Assembly (NCBI GenBank): GCA_004022145.1
Contig: RCNU01000004.1
DNA length: 64,000 nucleotides
Reading direction: 5' to 3' (one strand)
DNA from: Paecilomyces variotii
Taxonomy: Eukaryota
Position 1 is the stretch's first letter; each line of letters starts with the position of its first letter. The translations under genes were made by a program, and so were the position numbers. The notes beneath the pieces are model-generated. The model did not search any database. It was given only the letters and a program-made list of their open reading frames with translations, and had not been told where the DNA came from. Of this stretch, positions 25,904-38,445 are shown piece after piece.

Positions 25904-27180
25904 ATGCCTTATACCAAACGTACATCAGTTGACGCTGTTTACCGGTCTTCGCATGTCCACAGACACAAGAGTGGCCACCATCGAAATGTTGAGAAGTCAA
26001 ACGTCACAGTGCATGCTGTGATACCGACATATGGCAACAAGCAAAGCAAACAGACTCAACGTCAAGAAATTACTCAAGCTTTAGATCTATCATTGACTCA
26101 ACGGACGCTTTCCGATCTTGCTCCGCATGAGAGACCTCTTACTGGACCAGGGGAATGCATCGTGTGCCTGGAGACATTTCCTCCATCCTCTTTCCCTGAT
26201 CGAGCGATCTCGTCTATTTGCGATCACACAAGCCCAGAGAGGCATCAGCAAAGGGTTTGCAGAGGTTGTCTTGCACAGCATTTGGATGCGCAGCTAAACA
26301 ACTCCGGTCCTGATCGCTTGACATGTCCTATATGCCTGGCCGCTTTGGCACATACCGAGATCAAGCAATGGGCATCTCCAGCAACATTTGTGCGTTACGA
26401 CTCTCTTCAGGCACGGACGGCGATTTCCTCTGATCCGAACTTCATATGGTGTTGCAACCCGACATGTGGCGCTGGCCAACTTCACGTTTCTGGCGCCGAA
26501 TCACCAATTGTTATCTGCCATGCTTGTGGCGCCCGTACTTGCTTCAACCACCCGAACGCGATATGGCATGAAGGGTTTACCTGTTATGAATTCGATCATC
26601 CCGAAGTTGCAGAGGAGCGTCGCAGGCAAGAAGCCACAGAGACGGAAGCCCTTGTGCAAGCGCAACAGGAAGAAAATGACCGCATTCGTGAACAGGTCCA
26701 AAGGGACCGTCGTCTCGCAATGGAACTTCAAGAAGAAGATGGACAGCAAGAAGGTTCACAGTTGATAACTAATGTTGCAGAAATTGAGAAAGGACAGCAA
26801 ACGAACGAGGAAGAAGTGCTGCAACAAATGGAAGCAGGGCAGAGACGGGTTAATGAAGTAACCAGAACACGTGCAAAGAACCAAGAAGAGGAAGCGGCTA
26901 TTGAAAGAAATCGGTTGCAAGAGAGAGCCGAAAGACGCAAGGAAGAATTACAAGGAGAAGCAGAGGTGTCCAGGACAAGCAAACCGTGTCCCGGGGCAAA
27001 CTGCTCATATTGGATAGTCAAGGTTGATGGTTGCAAACACATGACCTGTAAGTATAATTTAAACCATGCTCGAAGGGAGATACTAATATTCGAATTAAAG
27101 GCTCTCGTTGCCATCATGAGTGGTGTTGGGTCTGCAATCAACCTTGGAGGAATGGCCACCTCAACGAAGCCTGTGGATAG
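25904..27180 (+). CDS. RBR (RING-IBR-RING) E3 ubiquitin ligase; 3' intron 27048-27100, 5' end uncertain
   Basis: RING1 (CIVC..CDH..CRGC..CPIC), IBR (WCCNPTCGAG..CHACGARTCFNH..WHEGFTC), coiled coil, and RING2 KPCPGANC..KVDGCKHMTC|SRCHHEWCWVC. Confidence 0.88.
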
Positions 27181-28008
27181 ATACAAGGCAGATATTCTGA
27201 ACAGTTAGAATGTAGGATCTCAAGGGAGTACTGTCCCACAATCGAAATGCTCGAAATACCAGTCGCCCCAGGACTAATGACAGACCAAGGGAAATAAGCT
27301 TGAATGCTGTCCCAAATCATGTCCTTGTCTTACTATACTGTTTGGTTATCATTTCTATATTCAGCGAGCTGTGATCAAGCGTCATATTCACACCGTCATC
27401 GGTCTTTACACAAATGACGGTACACGTCCTATTTACCGTGTCGATCGAATGTTCTCTGGTCCTGGCCAGAGAGGTGGAAACACATTGTGTGTTTCCCAAT
27501 GCCGCATACTCCTCGATGTCCCTGGACTACACAGTAACCATCTGTTGGGGTAATCAACGGCATACTCGTCATTGTGATCTGTTCATGTCTTCTTTCCCTC
27601 CTTTCTTGAAGAACGGGGGCTCATGGAATTGCTCACCCGAAACTTGCTGTGCAAGTAAAATATACCAATGCATCTCTATAACGCCGTGAAACAAAGTGAG
27701 TGCAAGGCAGAACTGTATGACACACACCAGACAAGAATTCAAAACACTGCGCTCGACTAATACGGATCAATGAATATTCATGGGAAAGCGCGGATGATCG
27801 AGGCGTGCCGACCACTCCACCCAGGTTGGATGTTTCTGATCATAATACCTAGCGGTTAGACAGAGCATCGACAGATGGGGATTTTTCATTTGTGTCCTCA
27901 ACTGAACAAAAGAGCGGTGTGAATACCATAGCAACCCACCTCAAGCTTGCTTATGGGACCTTGTCATGTCGGGTGACATGTTTCCTTGAGGTAGGGTAGG
28001 CCCTTAGA

Positions 28009-30583
28009 AATGGTCGAGAACCTGACGTCAAAGAGGCGGGTCGAGGACCAGCGAACAAAGATCCTTACAATAGTCGTCCAGGGGATGTATCGGGAGATTG
28101 TGAAGGAGTTGCTATCGTTTAGATGGTGTGGAGATCCTTTTGTCACAGAAAAGCTAGAGACTCGGTAGCAGAGCAATGACGGGATCCTCTCAACAGAGGT
28201 AAAGTGAAGCTGCAGAGCCGCAGAATATACAGCCTTGCTTCTGGACTGCTGGCCAGGTGGAACCGAGTCTCATATTTCAAGTTTGCCGGTATAGACCTGG
28301 TAAGTGAACGCGCCCCCGTTCAGAAGAACGAAAGTAATGCAATACTGCTTAGATCAAGGACCTGTATACGACTTCCGAAAGGGCGGAGCCCTGGCGAGGA
28401 GCCCCAAACTCCACTATCATTTCAAATGCATGTATAGGGACGGCCATGTCACCCTTTCTAAAAGACGTGGTGAACACGACATTCAGCGACAGCTCGGGCC
28501 GAACATAGTTTCGACAGAGTGAAAAAGCATTACGTTTTCTGAAACTGGTTATGTTCTTTTGGGCATGCTAGGGGTAGAAAAAAAAAGGAACAGGCTTCTA
28601 ATGACAGGTTTGGCAGTCTCGAATCTCCCACAATAGTTTATTACAGTGTTGAGGCTGCAAGAATTTGCTTATCCTGTTGTACCTGTCAGTCGGAGTTTTG
28701 TCTTCAATGAGCTAAGCACGTTGCTCCGCCGTTGTCGTGCCAGTTGGACTGGCGTTACCAGAATACAAGTCCATGTGAGATCCACTGCATCAATGGGATG
28801 ATATTTCCAGGCTAATAACAGAGCAATGAAGCTCCTGACCAGGCGGTATCGAGTCTAAAGAACATTCCAAAACCGGCTACATTCCCATTTCTGATACAGC
28901 GCTTTATAGAAGGGGAAAGCTTCCGGTTATCCACAGAAATGTTTCATACGGACTATACCCGCCTTCAGACTCTCAACGTGGCCCACGTTTGAGACAGATT
29001 TTCTAAGGTACTTGGCAATTGACCCGGTGGATAGATCTAAAGCTATGTCAGGCAGCGGGTCCTTGGACGGCGATCTCAGTTAGACGACGTCGCAGGAGAG
29101 GGCGGATCGACATTCTAGGCCTATTCTTCCGTACTCAACAGTAGTGACCATTCCCCTATCCGGAGTAAACCTCATTGCTTGGATCTCTCTCCAACTGACT
29201 AACATGCCTAGCGGCTCGCTGACATTGGCAGTGAGGCCATATTTCTGTACCAATCTCAGGTTTTCTATTACTGACGAGTGCGATTTAGATCCACCATCAC
29301 CCTCTCGTACGGAGTACGTACTGCCACTTACCGTAAGTTTGAAAGAAAGACTAGCTAGTGGGAGATCGCTTCTGCCATTTTTAGATCGATCTTGTTCTCG
29401 GAACTATGCGCGATAGAGATCTCCGCCACTGGAATCTGATTTCATCTTTCAATTGGGACCAGAAAGCATACTGTTTCCACTATGATTCACAAGGGCAGTT
29501 ACGGATTAAAGCTCTACGCGGGTTTCCGAGATATCGTACCAGCAAGGGGTAAACATAGTCGGCAATCGAAAAGGAGTATTCGGGATAGGACCAGTCCCGA
29601 AGATGGCGGACAAGGCAAACCCAGGAAAACAAGAGGAACTGCCGCGTCCCGAAGACATGGATATGGCTTCCGGAGCTGAAGATCCGCGGCCCCACAGAAT
29701 TCCCGAAGGAAAACATCCGAGAAGAAAAGAGAAAAGAGAACAGAGAGAAAAAGAGAAGCTGTGGGCCGGTGCTCCAGACAAAAGTCGACCGCCCTTTTCT
29801 TGACGGGCTCCCCCAACACGGAGTCGAGACTGAGATCTCTAGCACGGTGGGCCTCTTGGTCTTTTGGAAGCGGGAAGTGGACACACGACAACTCATTTTC
29901 GTTTCTCTTTCCCTGGCCGCCTCGCGGGGAAGAGAGGAAGCGATCCGTACCTACGGGGCACGATGGCTTAGCTGGAAGTTGGACTGCGAATGTGCAACGT
30001 AACCGGTGTTGTTCTCGTTGAGTGTCTCCGAAGCGGTGATCCCTGCTCGTCGACCCTGCCCCGGATAGCGAGACGGCAGTGGTGAGCTGCCAGCTATTAC
30101 ACAGCAACGTCGACTTGAGATTAGTTAACTATTATTACTAGTTATTATGTGCATCGTTGACCTCTGAGGAATGACCGGGATGCGGCCGAGAAACAGCTAT
30201 CATGGTCCTCCGTGCTTTGTTCTACACTACACAGCGGGAAGACTTCCCAGTCGCCAACTATTCCCATCGCAAAGCGCGTCAAGCTGCAAATGGGAAACGT
30301 CCCATCGGCACTTTAGAGGGTCTCAGAGATCCGGGCTGAGTCGTGACGGCCCAAGTGCGCGGGACGGAGCGCGCCGCCTGCAAGGCTGATGTCCATTTAT
30401 TGGAACCTGATACAAGCGGCTTCACCAGGACTCTCTTGCCCGGATCGCCGATCGGGGAGGATGTTTGGCCTGGAGAGAAAGAATCATACCACACGTGTGG
30501 CCGGGCACGAGCTTGTCTCGGTCTTGTTCTTCATTTCCTTGATGTTCTCGCGATGCCAACTCCCTTGCGCTAATATTATTTAA
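28009..30583 (+). pseudogene. Possible heavily decayed ankyrin-repeat gene remnant
   Basis: Scattered ankyrin-like snippets in + frames (ILTIVVQGMYREIVKELLS, QTPLSF, GSLTLAVR..NLRFSITDECDLD, AGHELVSVLF) among many stops. Weak. Confidence 0.25.
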
Positions 30584-30844
30584 AGTACACGGAATCTCTG
30601 CGTCGGCTAGTCGCTGATTTCTCATTTATAACTGACAGTTGAATATTACTACTATATATCGTTCGCCCCAACCTGGAACTAATTTTAAGTTCTGTACCTA
30701 CATACACCGAATCACTTTTGCCACTATTACATCATCACAAAGTGACAAACTGTTGTGAAAAGAATATTCAAAAGAGCAACGAGTCCCTTATCTATATCAA
30801 CAAATTTGCGATCCGCTTTGCATCACATCATCGTTTCCCACCAG

Positions 30845-31610
30845 ATGTCATCTCCGGCTCCCAGCAACCCCAAAATGTCTAGTGACAGTGATCGCACCGA
30901 CCTAGGGCTCGATGAGCTCAGCGGCCTTGATGTGGTCAGCTACCAACGGCGTTGGGATGAGATCTATCACAAGACAATCCGCCAAATACAACAGATCAAA
31001 GGTTCGTATATGGTACACATCCATTTGTTCACTTCGACATGTAGAAGATCTCTTCCTAGAGAATACTGGTACTGACATTTTTTAGAAGGTGAAAAGATCT
31101 CTCTTCAACGAGATCACCCATCAATTCCTGCGGACGACAAAAAATGAAAACCCATAAAGTCCAACGAAACCTTCCGTTTCTTATTTATTTATCTGACGCC
31201 TTCTTTTTTATGCGACGCTCACGCTTTGGGGAACTAGCGACATGAGATGGATTCGATCCTACGGGTGTACATTTTGTTCTCCTCGCTTCGCTTCGTTTCG
31301 ACTTCAGCAGTATAGACTTATTTCTTATATGTCCGGCGATGGACAGCGATATGAATGGGAAGGAGTCGGTACGGAAAGAAAATGGGAAGGCGTTTTGGAA
31401 ATATCCAGCGGGTCTGGATATGTGTCTCTCCTCTCTTAGCTTTGGCGTTTTTCTTTTTCCTTTTTTTTTTTTTTTTTTTTTTTTTTCATTTATACTGGAT
31501 GAATTTCTTTTTCTCACGATAGATCAAGCTAGGTTGATGGCTCGTGATGAGGAAATGATAGATGAATTTCATATCTACGTTCACAAGACAGCGCGAGATG
31601 GTAACTTTTA
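30845..31610 (+). pseudogene. Small hypothetical or decayed multi-exon gene
   Basis: ATG exon MSSPAPSNPK..RRWDEIYHKTIRQIQQIK followed by a canonical intron (GTTCGT..TACTGAC..TAG, 31002-31085). Downstream exon-like pieces do not form one long open frame. Confidence 0.3.
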
Positions 31611-31790
31611 GTACTTTCTACATTCTAGAGGAGAGAATACGGAGAAGATATCTCTCGGGATTGGTCTAGATACCGGTAAAAGAAATGTATGTTTTCTTTC
31701 CCTCCAAGAGTGCCATTTCTATATTTCGTAGTTTAACAAAGAGCAAATTTTTGTCTATACCTATCACAAATGCAAAACATTATTATTGTG

Positions 31791-32008
31791 TCATTCCGAG
31801 TCAGAACTTGAATCGGAATCAGAACTAGACTCCGAGCTAGAGTCGGAGTCTGAATCAGAAGAGGAGGACGATGAGGATGATGTGGCACGTCCCGCTGTTG
31901 ATGAGGATGAAGTTGAGTTATCCGAGTCAGAATCTGAAGATGAGCTGCTGGAGGAGTTGCGCTTCGGGGCGGAGGAAGCGGGCTTCTGCGTTTTACTGTC
32001 CTTGTCAT

Positions 32009-32039
<31 letters not shown>

Positions 32040-33290
32040 CTCACTTTCGCTACTGCTCGAAATCTCAACGACGGCAGTACGGTTCTTCCGTTTCTTCTTC
32101 TTCTGAGCAGCGCTAGGAGGCTGTTTCGGCTTCTCTTCCGTCCAGACTGCACCGTTCACAGCGTACAGCACGAGCTCTGCTCGTTTGCGCTTCTCAAGTC
32201 GCTGCTTCGAGGCTGCGTCCAAAGCCTCAACGGCCGTAGGATCGCTGAATTCCTCCTTTCCGGCAGATAACTGGGATCGGAAAGCTTGCACCACGTTGTG
32301 GTAAGCCTTGCTCGTTTCGGTCTCGGTGTGGTCCTGCTCCTCCTCGCCTTGGGTTTCCGTTTCCTTTCCTTCTTCGCTTGTCTGCTTCTTCTGTGATGCG
32401 GATCTCTCGGCCTCTATATCGTTCTTGATCGACTCCCCAGCCGCGATGCGAATCCGCATCTTCGCAGCCTCGCCTCGTAATCCTTTCAAATATGCCAGCA
32501 ACGCAGCGTTATAGCGAGCAGGGACATGCTCGAGCGACAGCAGATGCTTCAGCAGATGCGTCTCGCGGTTCTTCTGGAACTTCCAAATATCACGGTTTTC
32601 GTAGTAGCGCGAGAGGTAGGAGAGGACGGGTGTTTCGTGAATGTGATCGGTTTTGGTAGTCGTAGTCGAAGTCTTCGATACGTCGCCCTTCTTTGCGCGC
32701 TTCTTCTCTTTCTTCTTTTTCTTCTTGGATCCTTCTTCGTCTTTGTCCTTGTCTTCTTCCTGGTCTTCGCTCTCCTTCGATTGCGTCTGTAGCGATTCTT
32801 CGTCGCTCTTGTCGTCCTCCCGCTTCGTATCCGAGGTGAAAGTCACGCTCTTCCTCCTATTCTCAACCTTTGCCTTCTTCACATCCTCCACCTTCTTATC
32901 CCCATCTTCCTCAGGATCCAAGCGTCTCTTCTTACCCCGCCCCTTCGATTCAGAAGCTTCTTCCTTATTATCATCATCATTATCCTTCTCGTCATCACCA
33001 TCTTGATCTTCCTCGGCAACATCACTCTTCGTCCGTTTGCCCTTCTTCTTCTTTTCCTTCTCATCCTTTTTATCTTTCTTCTCCCCTTTCTCCTTTTTCT
33101 GCTTCTGCTTCTGCTTCTGCTTTTTCTCCACCTTTGTATCATCACCCGCGCCTCCTTCTCCTTCACCATCAGCGACATCTACCTCCATCGCATCATCCCC
33201 AGCTGACGCAGAGCGCTTCTCATCCTTGGCGTTCTTCAGCTTCAAACCGAGCTTCTTCCACGCGGGAACCCGCGCTTTAGAATCGGACAT
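31791..33290 (-). CDS. WKF-domain (DUF2373-type) Lys/Glu-rich, probably nucleolar protein with Ser/Asp tail
   Basis: 499-aa ORF with VPAWKKLGLKLK at the N-terminus, LSYLSRYYENRDIWKFQKNRETHLLKH and LLAYLKGLRG. Confidence 0.85.
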
Positions 33291-34146
33291 CCTTATCCGT
33301 ATATCCTTATATCCCGTACTTCAAGTTTTTGCGTGTTGCGCGCGATTGGCGGAGAAAGAAGGAAGGACGAGACGGGCGTAGAATTGACGGTGAAGCGATG
33401 GGACCAATTAAATAAAAGGGAAAAAAAAATAACACGCAGATAAGAGAATAAGAGATGATGAAAGAAAGAAAGAAAAAAAAATCACCAGCCCGATCGCATT
33501 GGCGAAATAGTTTTATTTCAGCACTGGAATTGATAATAATAGGAGAAGAGAAGAGTTGGGTAGCTTTCTTTTCTCTTTCTTTTTTTTCTTGTTTAGCTTT
33601 CTGGGGAAAATTTCCCACGTGAGCGGAAGGGGAAAGCTTTTTGCCTTATTTTTTTTTAAAGTTTTGGTCTAAAGCGGATGTCATAGTCTAGATAATCTAA
33701 ACACTAGTTAACTATGTACTGTACTGTACAACTATCTATCTAATTATTTTTTTTGATTGTTATTGTGATAAGTATTTGTGTTTGTAACTAAGGGTGATTA
33801 TGTACCTGTCTATGTATAAAAAGTACTACTAGACACTCAATAAATCATCTATTTTACATCCGACTAATCTCCATTGAGGATTATTTTTGAAACTGGTGTA
33901 ATTAATTAAAGTGCGCCATTGTAAAGATCATGACAGAAAATAGACCTTTCTATGATCCTCGCAAAGTCCTAACTATGCATTCAGCGCAGCAAGCACTCCT
34001 CACTCCCATATATACACCCAGTCATGAGTCTCGCATCATTCACAGAACATGAGTAAGATCCAGAGCGTAACGGAGAACGGGGGACAGGAGAGAAGAAGAA
34101 AAAGGATTCGACAACTGAGACTCGTTGGAGATGGGCAAACTCAGTT

Positions 34147-37100
34147 CTATGAGATGTTCGCATTTCCGTCTCCATCCTCTGGGCCGGTTCCATTCGTTTC
34201 CTTGCCCTTGTCTTTCTCCCTCTGAGTGCTGGTTTCTGCATTGCTACCGGAACCAGAGCCATTCCCTCCTGATGCTGATGCTGATGCTGCCGCCGCTGCT
34301 GCAGCAGCCTTGCGCCGTGCCCGTTCTTTCTCCCGGGACGAGGCGCCTGCGGTAGCGGTCCGTCTCCTCTTGACTGGGTGATAGACATCGTTGAAATTCA
34401 TCACAACACCCAGGAACCGCATGTCCACATCCGGCTGGTAGGCTAAGTCACTCAGCAGGATGTTCAGACGGGAGCGGAATTCGGCTGAGAGGTCGCGAAG
34501 GCGCGTCCGCAGAGACGGTAGCATATGGTCATCAACAGAGAGACCACCACCACGAGCAGTCGGGGTGTCTAGCTCGTCGGCTACTTCCAAAAGATTGGGA
34601 GTGGCGGCAAAGGACGGAGATTCTGAAATGGAGTTCTTATGCGCTCGGCTGCCCCGTCTCGAAGACGGAAACATGTCTCGTTCCGTGACGCCCCAGCGGC
34701 CCTGCGCTGTACGCGTCTCGATCTTCGCACTCAGTTCTTGCCGGCGGCTGAACTCGGCTATTGAAAACGAGTATAGGCCATCCACGGCATCCTTATAAGA
34801 GAGCATGATCTTCAGGATGTGATGCAGCTGGCTCAGGAAACTCTCTTCCTGATATTTCCGGGAGCTTGAGGATGACCCTAAGAGACCCTTATGCGTGATC
34901 GAATTCAAGTATTTCGTATGCGCTTCAATCAGATCGTCGAGGGTGCAGCCGGGCTTGGAGATAGCAGCTTGTAGCTGATCCCAACTGGCTTCGATGACTT
35001 CGAAGAGGATGTAGTATTGCAACTGACAGACGAAATGGATCATTTCCGCAATAGCACATCGCGCGAGTTTCCAGTCAGCGCCAACCTTGTCGTCAACAGA
35101 CGCCAACGAGCCTCTGGCGCCGGTCATGAATCGACGCCAGCTGCTGCCCAGTGCAAATTCCACGCGTTTCACGCGCCATAAGAAATTGAAAACTTTGAGG
35201 TACTGTGTTGAGCCCCATGGGGTGATGACCACGTCGACAGGAGGATCGATCTTGTATTCCAGCGTGAAACAATCCCACCCGATCTCTCCGTGGCTGAGTT
35301 CGAGCATGCGCGCGTCTAAACGGCGAAGAACATCCGGTGAGTCATACTGTGCATTGGATGCACGGATGGCATGCTCCAATTGAGCAGTAAGCGTATGACG
35401 ATATTGTGAGTTCGCCGGACGGTCAAGATTCGAGGCCAGAGACTCCATAAGCAGAGCAATGAAATCTCCCTGGCCAAGGAGAAGGTATTTCTTCAGAGCC
35501 TTCAAGTGGTCGAAGAGCTTAAATTTAGTGTCCATGAGATGGATCAAGCGTGCCATCGTGGTTTTGTAAGCTTCATCGATCGAACTTTCTAAGCTTGCCG
35601 TGTCGCCATACCGCAGCTCTTTGGATGCTTGCTTGGAGTATGCTTCAACCCACGCAGACTCCCCACAGCCGTACCGGATGAAGTTCAGTGACTTTCCAAT
35701 CAAGAAGACCTTCTTCGCAAAATCCTGGGTGATGATGGACGGGACCATATTATCGTCTAATTTGTACTTATCCTCCCACACACTAGAGGCTGTTCGTCGA
35801 GGGTCCACGATGGGCTTGAATTCCGGCTCGACGACAAAGAATTCCAGCCAGGGGTCAGATAACTCACCGTCGTAGATCCACTGTCGAAGCATATCATAGA
35901 AAGGACGTGTAATGTGTGTTAGGAGTCGTTCCGCAAAGGCGCAAACAAAGGGATCGCCATGCGACGAGGAGAAGCCGTGGATCAAGGAGATCAGTTGGCC
36001 ACCCTTCTTGTCTACTGCAAGTTAGAGTCGTTCTGTCAAGAAGAGACCAGCCTAACTTACTCTTGGCTTCCTCTACAATCAAACTCATCAATCGCAAAGC
36101 CATTGTAGCGTCCCTTGTCCACACGACACAGCGCTTCAAGGTAACGCCGCCTTTGACAACTCCCCTGGGATCACTTTGGTCCGTAACAGCAGCCAATGCT
36201 CTCCTAATTTCCCCTTCCAGTGTGGCCACCAATCCCAAGTATGAACGCAGCTCATTCCCGACCGCAGCCCTCAGACTCTGCGCGACAAGTCCCCCGTCGG
36301 AACCTTCTGAAAAGTCCTGAAGACCTTTATATAGCAGACACGGTTCTGCCAGAGTGTGTAGAAGTGATAAGACAGGGATCGGTAGCGTCGGAGGTAGTTT
36401 AATAGAGGTGGGAGAGGAGAACTCCAGGTTTTTCGAAGACAACCCTTGCAAATTGAACGGCAGATCTCGCAAAAGGGCCGATTCGGGCGGTTTCATCGCA
36501 TTCAGACCTGGTTCAGCAGTCAACGGGGAGAGCTGCTCCACCTCTGGGGCTGTCTCTCTCGACACGCTTTGAGCATGAGCTCGAGCAGCACGAGGCGTCG
36601 TCTCCCTCTCCGGTTCAGCCACACTAGGTCTCTTCTCTTTCATCCGGTCTTTCAATTCCTTCGCCTTCCTGGTCGACGCTGTCCTCTCAATTTGTGCTCC
36701 CCGCTGCGAGACAGACGAACTGATAGCCGGACCTTCGCCTTCAGGATCATCCCTAAACCTCATTGCGGTGGTACCATTCCTCCCTCTCCTTCCCTTGAAC
36801 AGCATACTCTCCAGATTCCCGTCCTCCATCAACGGACTCCGACTCCTCTCAGCCTCGTCTACCTCCATCGGAAGGGGTCCTCCCATACCCTCAATCTCAT
36901 CCGTCCCAGACTCTGAGAGCCGGTATAGCAGATATAAAATAGCCCATTTCTGACCCAGCACCGGCTGCGTTAGCAGCCGCGAATAGAGATTCGAGAACCG
37001 CACCGCTTTATCTGGACTGGGATTCTCGCGCAGGAGCTTCCGCTTGATCAGATCAGAGGCACTGTTGATGTTCTCTCCCATTAAACTTCCTCTGCGGCCG

Positions 37101-37345
37101 GAACCGACCCCGGATGGGGAGTTTGGATCGTTCCCTGATTCGGAGGTGTGATGGTCGATAATGCGCCAGGCACGTTCGAGGTAATCGCGGTGACGCTGCT
37201 CTTCAGCTGCAGCGAGGGCTTCTTCATCGTCGGAGTAGGCGTCCCCGATCGCGGAGGGATCCAGCGGCGGTACGAAGGAATCGACGAGTTGGGAGAGGGC
37301 ATCGTCAATGCGACGTGGGCGCGCAGATGTGTGACGAGAGGACAT
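34147..37345 (-). CDS. spc98: Gamma-tubulin complex component GCP3 / Spc98 / Alp6; intron 36060-36012
   Basis: LLRDLPFNLQG, spliced EEAKNKKGGQLISLIHGF..HGDPFV, WIYDGELSDP, LIGKSLNFIR, LKKYLLLGQGDFI and QLQYYILFEVIE. Confidence 0.95.
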
Positions 37346-38445
37346 TGCGACGACTCCCGAGATTCGAATGAGTTTATCACCCTTGGCGTAGCCAGTGCTT
37401 CTTGCTGGCGAGCGGTTCGGTAGTCTTGGACGTGTACTGTGAAGCTGTACGCGATGTTTCCGACACCGCGACTCGGTGCGATCAGATCAGGACCGTTCAG
37501 CGTGGTCGCACCCGTAAAAACAATGTTAAATGCCACAGAAATCCCCGACCTGGATGGCGCATTTCGTCTGGCGATTCTAACAACGGGATTGCATCGCGCC
37601 TCGCATCTTCGTTGTGGGCTCGACCGTATCGTATCACACATGTGGGACGCGACTGATGTTGATGTTTGGGCTGTTTGGTCCGCTCTGTAAGGCATCTTCT
37701 TCAGGCATCTACGGATACAATATTCGGGTTCCCTACGCACACCACATATCCATATCGAAAACAAGGCTAAAGGGAGAAAGAGATATTAATATGAAGTTGA
37801 ACGTTCGTTTTCTAGGTCAAATCGCTTAGCTATTATAATAGCAAGCTGGAGCAATCACAAGCTGATGTGATCAAAATAAACACAGTCGAGCCACCGGTAC
37901 GCCGTCCAGCATTGGTCTCGACCGAGAAAAGGCATTTCCTGTGCCGCGCAATATCAAACAGACGAATGTAAGACCCCAAGAGACGGATAGTGGGGGGAAA
38001 AAGGAAGAAAGATAGAAAGTACAGAACAGCAAGCACACATCCGAAAACACCGGAGACAACCTGGCCGAGACAAATATCGCCGCCTATAAAAAAGACACAC
38101 AAGAAGGGAGAATAGAAACCGTTTAAACCATCGTACGAGCCGCCGATTGTGCACGCCCAGGTGAGAGGGTTGCACCTGCCTATGCTCCCACCGTTTGTGC
38201 CATTCCCCATCCCTTTTAGTCCGTATACATCGTGAAGACCCAGCCATGCCATAGCTCCCAAGTGATGCCGCAGGGGATAAAGAAGAAACAGAGATTCAAA
38301 TAGTGTAAGGTGACGGGGATTATCCGTCGACCCATCTAGAAAGGATGGCGCCTCGCCCCTGTGAAGCAAAATTTAGTTGTCAAAATTAAGTACTTTTGAC
38401 GTTCGTTACGCGTTGACCGTTCATCATATGGGGAGAAGTTGATGG

